Shown here: positions 11,369-20,690 of the stretch, in pieces
Layout: every line of letters begins with the position of its first letter
How positions within the stretch are numbered: position 1 is the stretch's first letter
Origin: an uncultured bacterium
GTDB lineage: Bacteria; Fidelibacterota; Marinisomatia; Marinisomatales; TCS56
Assembly: GCA_964439935.1 (NCBI GenBank)
Contig: CAYTPW010000009.1
Coordinates: 1,623-65,622, forward strand
Direction: 5' to 3'
Length of the DNA: 64,000 nt
Translations under genes and position numbers: made by a program
The notes under the pieces: model-generated
Told to the model about the DNA's origin: nothing
Databases searched by the model: none
Seen by the model: only the letters and a program-made list of their open reading frames with translations

Positions 11369-13159
11369 TCAGGAATAGATCTGCTCGATTTGCTCGGCGT
11401 ACTTTTCAATGACAACTTTCCGCTTTACTTTCAGCGAAGGCGTGATTTCACCACCCGATATCGTCCATAGCTCAGGCAGCAGGACAAATTTCTTGATCTT
11501 CTCGTAACGAGCAAAATCCTCCATTGACTGCTCCACTTCGGCCTCAAAAAGTTCCATAACCTGGGGGTGCATTATTAGAGTCGCATAGTCTTCACTGGGC
11601 AAACTGTTTTCCTCGGCCCAGGCCACCAGATTTTCCTGCGACGGAACGATCAGAGCACTGACGAAATTGCGTTGGTCACCGATCGCCAGGCATTGTTCGA
11701 TGTATTTGGATAGAATCAGAGCATTTTCAAGCTGTGCGGGGGCGATATTTTTACCACCGGAAGTGACTATCAGGTTCTTGATCCGATCGGTGATCACCAG
11801 ATAATTTTCATCATCGAGGTGACCGACATCGCCGGTATGGAACCAGCCATCTTTGTCGATCGTTTCGGCAGTGGCTTCCGGATTCTTATAATAACCTTTC
11901 ATTACATTATCACCTTTACAAAGGATTTCACCGTCATCGGCAATCTTGACTTCAACTCCATCAATCGTCCCACCCACGGTACCGAATTTGAACAATTCAG
12001 TCCGGTTACAGGTAATAACCGGGCTGGTCTCTGTTAATCCATAACCTTCCAGGATTGGAATATTGGCCGAGGCGAAGAATTCACCAATAGCTTTAGATAA
12101 TGGGGCACCGCCGGAAACGAAAAAGCGTAGTTTGCCCCCGACCCTTTCCTTCAACTTTGAGAAGACCAGTTTATCGGCCAGACTAAATTTAAAGGCCAAA
12201 AAGCCGGTTGGTTTGGAACCGCGTGTCAGATACTTGGCCGATTTTTGCCCGACACCCAATGCCCAGTAAAATATTTTCTGGCGCAGGGCCGGATCGTTAC
12301 TGACCTTATCAATAACACGGCCATGGACTTTTTCAAAGAAGCGCGGTACGGCAACCACCACCGTTGGATGAACATCCTGCATGTCAGCCGCGACTGTGTC
12401 GATACTTTCGGCATAATAGACTATACCGTTGGCTGAAAAAGCAGTCAAATGTCCGACCATCCGCTCAAAACTATGACTGAGGGGCAGGAATGACAGAAAT
12501 ACGTCGGTATGATCAATCTTGATTGCCTTACGTCCATTGACAATATTGGAGATCAGGTTTTTGTGAGTCAGCATAACGCCTTTGGGATCACCGGTGGTCC
12601 CGCTGGTGTAGATCAAAGTCAGGAGGTCGTCCGGTTTTATCGCTTTCGATCGTTCTTCAAAAGTAAATCCGGCCTGTGACTTGAAATCAGCTCCGGTTTT
12701 CATCAGATCGCTGAATCCGATGACCCGCTTATCATCGCTGGTATCATCATTCATGACAACAACTGTTTTAAGCTCAGGAGTTTCATCAATGAATTCCATT
12801 ACCTTGGCCGTTTGTTCCTGATCCTCAGTAAATATCAATTTTGAATCGGAATTCGAGATAATATACTTGATTTGAGGAGCAATCAGAGTTGGATAGACGG
12901 TAACTGAGGCCGCTCCCAGACCGGTGATAGCATAATCGCTGAGTGCCCACCGGGATTGGTTGGTTGACAAAATGGCCACATTATCGCCGGGATTAATCCC
13001 CACAGAAGCCAGTCCAAAAGCCAGGTTCTCAACGATTTTACCAGCATCACCATAGGTAGTTTTTACCCATTCACCATCGACTTTATCATAGTAGGCCGGG
13101 TGCTCGGGCATATTCTTCACTGATCTTAAAAACAGTTCGGCTATAGTATTAATTTCCAC
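11369..13159 (-). CDS. Long-chain-fatty-acid--CoA ligase (AMP-dependent synthetase family)
   Basis: 596 aa, AMP-binding signature IYTSGTTGDPKGVMLTHKN, plus GYGLTE and GWFHTGD motifs. Confidence 0.88.
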   Translation of the reverse strand: MEINTIAELFLRSVKNMPEHPAYYDKVDGEWVKTTYGDAGKIVENLAFGLASVGINPGDNVAILSTNQSRWALSDYAITGLGAASVTVYPTLIAPQIKYIISNSDSKLIFTEDQEQTAKVMEFIDETPELKTVVVMNDDTSDDKRVIGFSDLMKTGADFKSQAGFTFEERSKAIKPDDLLTLIYTSGTTGDPKGVMLTHKNLISNIVNGRKAIKIDHTDVFLSFLPLSHSFERMVGHLTAFSANGIVYYAESIDTVAADMQDVHPTVVVAVPRFFEKVHGRVIDKVSNDPALRQKIFYWALGVGQKSAKYLTRGSKPTGFLAFKFSLADKLVFSKLKERVGGKLRFFVSGGAPLSKAIGEFFASANIPILEGYGLTETSPVITCNRTELFKFGTVGGTIDGVEVKIADDGEILCKGDNVMKGYYKNPEATAETIDKDGWFHTGDVGHLDDENYLVITDRIKNLIVTSGGKNIAPAQLENALILSKYIEQCLAIGDQRNFVSALIVPSQENLVAWAEENSLPSEDYATLIMHPQVMELFEAEVEQSMEDFARYEKIKKFVLLPELWTISGGEITPSLKVKRKVVIEKYAEQIEQIYS

Positions 13160-13251
13160 AATATTACCTCCAACTTGTTATACTGAGTCAAAAATATTGA
13201 CTATATATTAACAGATTCTCGAAATTTCCGCACTCGTTTTTTTAATAAATT

Positions 13252-13335
13252 GCCGGGGTGGCGGAATTGGTAGACGCGCTGGTCTCAAAAACCAGTGAGG
13301 GCGACCTCGTGCCGGTTCGATCCCGGCCCTCGGCA
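13252..13335 (+). tRNA. tRNA-Leu (anticodon CAA), long variable arm
   Basis: GCCGGGGTGGCGGAATTGGTAGACGCGCTGGTCTCAAAAACCAG...GGTTCGATCCCGGCCCTCGGCA. The anticodon loop is CTCAAAA. D loop and variable arm are class II. Confidence 0.9.
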
Positions 13336-13341
13336 CACAGG

Positions 13342-13374
13342 AATCCCCGATAAAGAATCGGGGATTTTTGTTTG
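13342..13374 (+). terminator. Rho-independent terminator after tRNA-Leu
   Basis: AATCCCCGA-taaagaa-TCGGGGATT stem-loop followed by a TTTTTGTTTG run. Confidence 0.6.
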
Positions 13375-13818
13375 TTGGGCGATTGGTCTGGTTTGGTCTG
13401 GTTTTGTCTGAAAATTGCAACTTAATTGCTACTAGCGATTCAAAACCAACCAACAGTTGCTTTTGTTTGCTGTAACTTAATTGTTAGAAGGATTGATCAA
13501 GATAACAATTACATAGAGGCGAATTGGTTTATACTCTTCTATGCCTAACGGTTATATGGGATTTATTCTTGTTTAGCAATGCAGTTCGTCCTTATGCAGA
13601 TTTAGAATCATTTTATGTAAAATCTACTTAAACCACAATTTATATTCAAATTAAACCGGTTCTTACATAAATTCCATCAACCGAATACGAATTGTGCTTT
13701 GAGTTGCTCAATGGGGATGGGGATTGATAGATTAATTCAACTGAATGGATGAAATGAAACAAAAATCTCCACTTATTGATATCTGACAGACCAGAAATTG
13801 AAAAAGGAGTAATTAGTA

Positions 13819-14511
13819 ATGCTTAATAAAACGATTTTCTTTTCAATCATATTGGTGTTAATAATGTGCTGTTGTTCAAAAATAGATGACAGTCTAAATA
13901 CACTTGATCCCCAACTATATAGTTATGATTTTAACGACAATGATCTTTCCAGTTGGGATGGAACGGCAAACGCTGAAATTATCAATGGTCAATTACATCT
14001 TAGTTCTGTTCAGGGATATTGGTGGCACACAATAGAATATGATAGCAGTACACACTTTGTTGAAGGTGATATAGAAGTTGAAATATATCCACAAAATGGT
14101 TCGTATTCATTTCAAACTAAGGGCAATACTTTAAGTAGTGGTATTCTTGAGTGGAGTATTTTCACTCTTTTCAGACGTGATTCATTATTTGTTCGTCAAT
14201 TCATTGATGGTAGTGTTACGCCAGTATATACAGATTTCATATATGAGAAAAATACCTGGTATTATCTAAGATATAAATTCAATAATGAAGCTGGTGAGCA
14301 AGGCAAATTTGATTTTTGGATAACAGAAATGGATAACGAAAGTAGTGAAATTTACTTAGGGAATTTTGATTATGGTGCAAGATATGGCCGACTCGAAGGC
14401 ATTAATCAATTTGTTTTAGCTGCAGGTGATCCTGATGGATCAGTTATAATGGAAGGTATTTTTGACAACGTTGAGTTCAATGAAATGACCGGTGTTCTGA
14501 CCCCTTTTTAG
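13819..14511 (+). CDS. Hypothetical exported protein
   Basis: 230 aa with an AAAAAGGAG RBS about 10 nt upstream and a hydrophobic N-terminal signal ending in CCC (possible lipoprotein). AT-rich. No motif I can name with confidence. Confidence 0.6.
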   Translation: MLNKTIFFSIILVLIMCCCSKIDDSLNTLDPQLYSYDFNDNDLSSWDGTANAEIINGQLHLSSVQGYWWHTIEYDSSTHFVEGDIEVEIYPQNGSYSFQTKGNTLSSGILEWSIFTLFRRDSLFVRQFIDGSVTPVYTDFIYEKNTWYYLRYKFNNEAGEQGKFDFWITEMDNESSEIYLGNFDYGARYGRLEGINQFVLAAGDPDGSVIMEGIFDNVEFNEMTGVLTPF

Positions 14512-14832
14512 ACTCAAATAATAAAATAATATACAAAAGCAATAGGCATTGGTTATAAACATCCTCAATCTTTCGGACTTTACCTTAAAAAAAATAACAA
14601 ACAGTATTTTGCGAGAAAATCTATGTCAAAATTATGGACTAACCACCCCCGGTCATTTCCTGATTTGGTTTTCAGATTTTTGTAGAGTTTTTAGTTTTAA
14701 TAAATAAGGCTAATGAATCTATCATATTACCAAGGAGCATTGAACGGGAAAACACTGCATGAGGTGACAGTTTGACAACCATTTATTGGATGAAGTTGTC
14801 TTACTGTTAACTAACTTGACTGGAGAATACAA

Positions 14833-15234
14833 ATGCTAATAAAACAAATCATTCTTCCGTTCCTCATGTTTTGCCTGGTGTTTGGAAGTAACTCAACTGT
14901 AACATTTTCACCTTACAAACAGAACAATGAAGCAGCTTACGTGAAATGCCTTAATAATTATAATTTAGGTGTTGTCGAATCAGCAATATACTGCGCGGTT
15001 AAGATGCAAAATGTCAATCAGGATAAAGCTTATTATGACCTCACCAGAGTTCTGAATCGTTTGTCACATACGGGAAGAACCGCCACAATCCGTTACAAGG
15101 CAAATGTAGCCAGCATATATTTAACGAATCATGAATTGATGAGCAAATTGGATCTGTCCTATTCTGAAGATGGTCCCCAATTCTGGTCGACGCTGGTGTC
15201 AAATATGAGTAATCCTTCACCTGAGTGGAATTGA
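14833..15234 (+). CDS. Hypothetical exported protein
   Basis: 133 aa with an N-terminal signal-like helix (ILPFLMFCLVFG) and a GGAGAA RBS-like element upstream. No recognizable domain. Confidence 0.5.
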   Translation: MLIKQIILPFLMFCLVFGSNSTVTFSPYKQNNEAAYVKCLNNYNLGVVESAIYCAVKMQNVNQDKAYYDLTRVLNRLSHTGRTATIRYKANVASIYLTNHELMSKLDLSYSEDGPQFWSTLVSNMSNPSPEWN

Positions 15235-15580
15235 CAGTAAGTTGATTATCAAACGACTCGGATACTCACGCCAATCAATGACTTTATGACACCTGCATAA
15301 ATTTCAAATCCTCAGATTTTCAACCAAAGGGGATAAATTCCGGAGGATCATTTTTCCGATTTTGAATATGATTTTTCGTTGAACATATCAATCACATTGT
15401 TTCATTATTATTTCAGCAATAGGGAGTATGATTGACAAACTCACAGTTACGCTGTAAGTTGTAGGAAATAAGCTGGCACATAGAACTGGAGATCAATTAG
15501 TTTTAAAATTTCTGTGAGTCAAATATTCAAGCTATTCAATTCAAGGAAGAATTAACGATTATGGCAAGGAAAGCCGATCA

Positions 15581-16000
15581 ATGAAGATAGAGATGATCCT
15601 AGATTCTGAGTTTTATATCAGGATTATCACCATAAAGGGACTATTAACCTATAATGATCTTCGTAATAAACTGCAGGAAATTTATTCCGACCCAAATCTG
15701 ATCCCCTATCAGAAGTCGCTCTGGGATCTCGCTCAAGCAGATGTAACTACTTTCACCTCCGAACAGATCAATACTATCGCTGATTTCGTATCCAAATCCT
15801 GGGGCACCAATGGGCAGAGCCGAGCAGCACTGGTAGTGAAACAGGATGTATCATTTGGGTTGTCGCGTATGTATGAAATTCTACTCAGCGATAAAACACT
15901 CTCTGTAACCAAAGTTTTCAATGATTACGAACAGGCACTGGAATGGTTGAAAACCGGCCAAGAACCGGCATCTTTGAACAAAGAAAAAATTATATCCTAA
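15581..16000 (+). CDS. Hypothetical cytoplasmic protein
   Basis: 139 aa with no signal peptide. There is a vague resemblance to STAS/SpoIIAA-like small regulators that I cannot verify. Confidence 0.5.
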   Translation: MKIEMILDSEFYIRIITIKGLLTYNDLRNKLQEIYSDPNLIPYQKSLWDLAQADVTTFTSEQINTIADFVSKSWGTNGQSRAALVVKQDVSFGLSRMYEILLSDKTLSVTKVFNDYEQALEWLKTGQEPASLNKEKIIS

Positions 16001-16110
16001 CGCTGATATCGGTCAAGTTGATCAACACTGCAGTCCGCAAACAATAAAATGTGCTACTGTTTCCAAGATAGGGACCTGCCCCACGGCGGATGGCAACAAT
16101 TCAGTAATAA

Positions 16111-16134
16111 AAAAGGGCTGTTAAACAGCCCTTT
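16111..16134. terminator. Bidirectional rho-independent terminator between convergent genes
   Basis: AAAAGGGCTG-ttaa-CAGCCCTTTT: a perfect 6-bp GC core flanked by an A-run and a T-run. It sits between the 16000 (+) and 16153 (-) gene ends. Confidence 0.6.
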
Positions 16135-16152
16135 TAGCAAGCTTTAAAACGC

Positions 16153-16695
16153 CTACCGGCGCTTTTCATCCTTCTCTTTTTCAAATACCTCTTCATTCAA
16201 TTTATTAACATCTGCCTGAAGGGTAGATATCGACTGCTGCACTTCTGCGATTTGTGCTGCAACACGGCGACGATAGGACGAAAAACTATCCTGTACATCG
16301 CGGATATCGCGGGTGATGCCACTTAATTCATCATTTGTTTCTCGCTGGAACTCTTCAAGGTTGAACTGCACATCGCTGATCATTGTGGCCAGTGAATCGG
16401 TGTTCTTTTTGATCAGCTCAAGGTTGGCAGCGACATTATCGCGATTCCGGGCAACATGCTTACCGCGGCCGATAAACTGTAGATTCAAAGTGCGTAAATC
16501 CTCACGGAATTCAGCGTTTATTTCATCGACATGAGAATCGATAATCGGATTTTCAATGGTCGCCTTTGAATATAGTTGTTCAGAGGCTAATACTTCCATT
16601 ACAGCTAATAATTGAGTATAAGTATACTGAATGTATCCACCACCAATGAGTAAGACGACAATCAATCCAAATATGATTTTATCCTTAATGCTCAT
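16153..16695 (-). CDS. Hypothetical membrane-anchored coiled-coil protein
   Basis: 180 aa with an N-terminal TM helix (IIFGLIVVLLIGGGYI) followed by heptad-like helical sequence. Last gene of the 18678->16153 operon. Confidence 0.6.
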   Translation of the reverse strand: MSIKDKIIFGLIVVLLIGGGYIQYTYTQLLAVMEVLASEQLYSKATIENPIIDSHVDEINAEFREDLRTLNLQFIGRGKHVARNRDNVAANLELIKKNTDSLATMISDVQFNLEEFQRETNDELSGITRDIRDVQDSFSSYRRRVAAQIAEVQQSISTLQADVNKLNEEVFEKEKDEKRR

Positions 16696-16713
16696 AGTAT
16701 CCCCTATCTGTAA

Positions 16714-17046
16714 TTATTTACCTGATGTTTCTACCCGTTTTTCCCATTCACTTATATTTTCATCAGCAGCAGGGGCAGATTCAGGTTGCTCGGGTTCGGT
16801 ATTACTAGATTTAATATTCTGCAGCAATTGCTCTTTGCGCTTGAGATTCTCCTGCAGTTGAACCATCATCTGGCTCACTTCATCATTGAATTCTTTGATT
16901 GTATTTTCCAGGCGCTCTACTAATTCATCCATTAATGATTTACCGTAGGTTTCATTTATACCAACAAGTAAATCATCGAATTTTGAAATCAGATAGTTTT
17001 TTCGGCCTTCTTCTTTATGAAAATCAAGTGCCATTTTTCTACTCAA
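16714..17046 (-). CDS. Small acidic coiled-coil protein (paralog of 36637-37014)
   Basis: 110 aa. The core YGKSLMDELVERLENTIKEFNDEVSQMMVQL...EQLLQNI and the C-terminal ISEWEKRVE align with the 125-aa protein at 36637-37014. Confidence 0.65.
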   Translation of the reverse strand: MSRKMALDFHKEEGRKNYLISKFDDLLVGINETYGKSLMDELVERLENTIKEFNDEVSQMMVQLQENLKRKEQLLQNIKSSNTEPEQPESAPAADENISEWEKRVETSGK

Positions 17047-17126
17047 GTTTACCTATATTATTATGGAAATTAAAAATTGAATTTATTTATTCCTCACTTT
17101 AATTGCACTGTGTGCCGACCAATTCC

Positions 17127-17603
17127 TCATAGCCTCCCAGCCACTGGCTGCTGTTGTGAACTAAACTCTATTATTCCCTGCGTCTGTAATTTTCCACGGA
17201 TTGGATTCAAGATTTCATTCTGCAATTTAAATGGAAGTTTATCTTCCTGTTCATTTTCAATCATTGTGCTGCCGAACAGTGATAGTTGAGATCCCCGCTT
17301 ATACACATATTTTTGTGCCGTGACAAATATCTTCAATCGATCTTCAATTCCCAAGACCAAGGAATAATCGTAGCGCTGTAAAAAATATTTGATCGGTTGT
17401 TGGGTTGTTACGATTAAATTGCTTTCAGGAGCATAAACATCGATCTCGTAACCTAGTTCTTCCAGGATTTGTTTGCAGGCGACCAGAGTAGCGGCTTTGG
17501 TCCCGGGATAATCAAATTCCCAAGCCATCCGAGTCGATTCTGGACATGATGACAGCTGGATCGCCAGGATCAGCGAGCCGAAAAAACGCAGTTTTCCTGA
17601 CAT
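17127..17603 (-). CDS. Hypothetical lipoprotein
   Basis: 158 aa with a signal peptide and lipobox-like LSSC. Separated by 4 nt from the upstream gene. Confidence 0.6.
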   Translation of the reverse strand: MSGKLRFFGSLILAIQLSSCPESTRMAWEFDYPGTKAATLVACKQILEELGYEIDVYAPESNLIVTTQQPIKYFLQRYDYSLVLGIEDRLKIFVTAQKYVYKRGSQLSLFGSTMIENEQEDKLPFKLQNEILNPIRGKLQTQGIIEFSSQQQPVAGRL

Positions 17604-17607
17604 CTAA

Positions 17608-18627
17608 TCAGTAGATTTCAAAAATGCTGGGGATTTTCTCAGCACGTTCCGAGATCGGACGAAAATGCATGTAATCAGGATTATAATAGACCAGCTTCAA
17701 TACGCTGAATTCACCTTCAAAGATCGGTAGTACCGATCCACTCTGTTGCACAACAGCGCTGAGTAATAATTCAATCCTGACCGGAAGTGGCTGCCAGCCA
17801 GAACGATAAAAGGCGCGGGAGAAATTGACATCCAGGATATCATTATATGACGGTGACGGTCCCTGGTAAATCTGATTGGTACTGCTGGGATAACCATAGA
17901 TCTCGGACATACTTTTTTCAATCCGCAAAAACTGATCAATCTGATCGTCTATATCGGTTTGTACCAGTTCGAAATCTATCTCAACTTTCCAGAATCCACT
18001 ATCAGCAAAATGGTACGTAATTTGAACAGGATCAGGCCCTAACCGGGCTGCTAATATAACTTTTACACTGTCCTGGGATATTATCGATTCAGCATAAGCA
18101 AACTGTGGAACACTGCCAATCGGGCTGCCCCAGCGATAACCCTTATAGCCATAACTCATTTCCATTGGCAATGGTGCGATCGGTGCTTCCAGCAACTCTA
18201 CCGCAGCTGCCTCCTGTTCTGCAGTAGGCTGGGATATAGAATCCGTTTGAACGATCTTGGTTATAGTTGAGTCAGTTAGCTCCTCGACGAATTCGCCAGG
18301 CAACGAGTCAGTAGCCGTTATCACCGCAGCTGTATCTGTCTCCAGGCTATCAACAACGAATGTATCTTCAGTAATCAGATTGGTGGTTGAATCGGTAGCG
18401 ACTGAGTCTTCGGTCGCCAGATCGATTGGTGCATCGGCGGTGATTGAATCTTCGGCACCTAAGTTGGTTGGTGTATCGGTAGCGGTTGAATCTTCGGCAT
18501 CCAGATTTGTTGTCGTATCGACAGGTATTGTCTCCGCCGGGACATTACTGGTAACTGTATCTTCCAATATCTCCTGTGCGCAAATCAATGTACTGATGGA
18601 AATTATCAGGATTAATGCTGTTCTCAT
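17608..18627 (-). CDS. Hypothetical secreted protein with acidic 14-aa tandem repeats
   Basis: I prefer the ATG at 18627 (AGGAG RBS 7 nt upstream; MRTALILIISISTLICAQE signal peptide) over the longest-ORF start at 18678. No recognizable domain in the C-terminal about 200 aa. Confidence 0.6.
   Translation of the reverse strand: MRTALILIISISTLICAQEILEDTVTSNVPAETIPVDTTTNLDAEDSTATDTPTNLGAEDSITADAPIDLATEDSVATDSTTNLITEDTFVVDSLETDTAAVITATDSLPGEFVEELTDSTITKIVQTDSISQPTAEQEAAAVELLEAPIAPLPMEMSYGYKGYRWGSPIGSVPQFAYAESIISQDSVKVILAARLGPDPVQITYHFADSGFWKVEIDFELVQTDIDDQIDQFLRIEKSMSEIYGYPSSTNQIYQGPSPSYNDILDVNFSRAFYRSGWQPLPVRIELLLSAVVQQSGSVLPIFEGEFSVLKLVYYNPDYMHFRPISERAEKIPSIFEIY
18349..18516 (-). repeat. Four tandem 42-nt (14-aa) coding repeats
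   Basis: TTTNLDAEDSTATD / TPTNLGAEDSITAD / APIDLATEDSVATD / STTNLITEDTFVVD within the 17608-18627 CDS. Confidence 0.7.
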
Positions 18628-18726
18628 GCCGGTACTCCTGTTGCCGTGGTTCAATGGACGGATTTGCCCATACCTCAAGATAGGGCAAAATACACTTTCA
18701 GCAATCTTTTCGCAAGTGTAAAAAAT

Positions 18727-19707
18727 TTAGCGAATTATTGTACCAATCCGACTTAAACGGGGCAACCAGGTATCGAAATCAATCGACATATAGGAAAAAA
18801 GTGCTTCCCCAAGAATGTAGCAACGCGGGACGAATCCCCAGTAGCGTGAATCAGCACTATCATCACGGTTATCCCCCATCATCCAGAAATAGTCCTGCTC
18901 AACTGTATAGTCGGTTATTTCTGAAATGGGCAATCCATCGATATGCAGAGCCTGGACCTGGTTGGAATTATAGGACAGTTGATCCGCCCAGGGTGTCAAC
19001 AGAGTTCCCCGCGGATAATATTCATTGATAATTTTTAATTGTGGAGTCCGTTTTTTTCGACGCATAACATCCACCGGTTCAAACATGGTGAATTCATAGC
19101 GAACATTATCAGTTTCAATGGTTACCGTATGCCCATCCATGAGCATGATCGGGATCAGATACTCCCAGTTGGTGGAACCATTAAAGGTGATTAAATCACC
19201 TTTCTGCGGTACGCGTAAAGACCTGAAATGATCCCGGTTACCCTGGGTACCCAGAAAAATGTCGGGCTGGACATCGTTGGGCGACAATGAATACGGTTTT
19301 ACTTTACCATTTGGAGAAAGCGCCACTTCATTGCCATTAACAAACAGCTGTTTGGCAACGATCTCAACTGTATCTCCCGGTTCAGCCACGCAACGTTTAA
19401 CATATTTCTGAAATACGTCCCGTGGATATTTAAATATCATAACGTCTCCTGCACGGGGCTCACGGAATACCGGGAACTGAAAATGGGGAAAGCTGAAACC
19501 GATATCAGTATATGGAATCCCAATCCAATCCGGTGTCCGCATTCCATACACAAATTTTGATCCGATCAGAAAATCTCCGGTCATTATGGTATCTTCCATA
19601 CTACCGGTCGGAACGATATATGCTTCAATAATAGTTGCCTTCAGTGTGAAGGCAATAATAATGATTATTACAATCGATTTTACTTCGCGAATTACTTTAT
19701 TTTTCAT
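18727..19707 (-). CDS. lepB: Signal peptidase I
   Basis: 326 aa with an N-terminal TM helix, the S26 catalytic Ser box (PTGSMEDTI) and GDNRDDSADSRYWGFVP. Confidence 0.92.
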   Translation of the reverse strand: MKNKVIREVKSIVIIIIIAFTLKATIIEAYIVPTGSMEDTIMTGDFLIGSKFVYGMRTPDWIGIPYTDIGFSFPHFQFPVFREPRAGDVMIFKYPRDVFQKYVKRCVAEPGDTVEIVAKQLFVNGNEVALSPNGKVKPYSLSPNDVQPDIFLGTQGNRDHFRSLRVPQKGDLITFNGSTNWEYLIPIMLMDGHTVTIETDNVRYEFTMFEPVDVMRRKKRTPQLKIINEYYPRGTLLTPWADQLSYNSNQVQALHIDGLPISEITDYTVEQDYFWMMGDNRDDSADSRYWGFVPRCYILGEALFSYMSIDFDTWLPRLSRIGTIIR

Positions 19708-19757
19708 TGGTCTGAATTTACCTAAGTCTTATGAATGAGGACTATTTTAATTCGTGA

Positions 19758-20690
19758 TTAATCCACATCGATTCCAACGTAATGCTTCAGGTTGGGACCG
19801 CCTTTCGCGAGCCTCACAGTTATCACATCCAGTCTGATATCCTTGTAAATTTCTTTCTGCATCAAATGATAATCGATTGCCCGCTGCAATTTGGATAATT
19901 TATTGCGATCCACTTTCTGCTCTGGTGTTCCCAGCTGTGCTTTGGTGACAGTTTTAACCTCGACAAATATGATTTCTTCATTCGATTCTGCAATGATATC
20001 GATTTCTCCGTAATTACCACAGTTCAGATTGGTTGCCGAAATCGTTAAACCCTGTTTGATCAATTCAAGACAGGCCAATCTTTCGCCCCACCAACCGATT
20101 CTGTGCTGGTCTCGAAGCCAGGCCATCGTTGGCAGATTTTCTGACACTGGTCGGAAACTTCGACGGTGGATCGGGGTTGCTTTTAATTCAGTTAATGCCG
20201 CCAAATGCTGTCTGGTTCCGTAACCTTTATGCCGGGCAAATCCATATTCCGGAAAGACAACATCCATGGCGCACATATATCGGTCCCGAGCTACTTTGGC
20301 AATGATAGAAGCCGCTTTGACACAGTCAATCTTACGATCGCCACCGACGATACCGCGGTTGGGAATAATCTGGGTTGGAAGACCATAACCATCTATCAAT
20401 GCTTCATCGGGAGCTATTTTAAGTCGGCCAAGAGCCTGTTTCATTGCCTTGAAGGTGGCCTGTAGGATATTTATTCGGTCAATTTCCTGTTCGTCAACTA
20501 TCCCAATTCCAACCGCCAGCGCATGTTCTTGGATCACGCCGAACAGGAGTTCGCGTTTGCGGGCAGTAAGTCTTTTCGAATCATCCAATCCATCGATCAA
20601 ATACTTTTCAGGTAAAATAACAGCGGCAGCATAGACCGGACCTGCCAAAGGTCCCCTTCCAGCTTCATCGACACCGGCTATCATTGCCAT
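19758..20690 (-). CDS. rnhB: Ribonuclease HII fused to a YraN/UPF0102-family endonuclease domain
   Basis: The N-terminal part has GVDEAGRGPLAGPV, DDSK and HRRSF (RNase HII). The C-terminal about 115 aa has GERLACLELIKQGL...GEIDIIA...IFVEVKT...RLDVITV (YraN pattern). The start is ATG 20690 or 20684; the latter forms an ATGA overlap with the comEC stop. The longest ORF starts at 20756. Confidence 0.85.
   Translation of the reverse strand: MAMIAGVDEAGRGPLAGPVYAAAVILPEKYLIDGLDDSKRLTARKRELLFGVIQEHALAVGIGIVDEQEIDRINILQATFKAMKQALGRLKIAPDEALIDGYGLPTQIIPNRGIVGGDRKIDCVKAASIIAKVARDRYMCAMDVVFPEYGFARHKGYGTRQHLAALTELKATPIHRRSFRPVSENLPTMAWLRDQHRIGWWGERLACLELIKQGLTISATNLNCGNYGEIDIIAESNEEIIFVEVKTVTKAQLGTPEQKVDRNKLSKLQRAIDYHLMQKEIYKDIRLDVITVRLAKGGPNLKHYVGIDVD

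Noticed and set aside
13208-13453. 81-aa minus-strand ORF in the track
   Set aside because: It lies antisense across tRNA-Leu and its terminator. Its translation is Pro/Arg-rich, as expected from reading a structured RNA gene backwards. No RBS.
13336-16152. Calling the AT-rich tRNA-Leu-adjacent segment a mobile genetic element
   Set aside because: I could find no integrase, transposase or recombinase, and no direct repeat of the tRNA 3' end. It is reported only as a possible acquired islet.
18257-18721. 154-aa plus-strand ORF
   Set aside because: Antisense to the acidic repeat protein. The open frame is kept open by the repeat composition, and it runs across that gene's start and promoter region.
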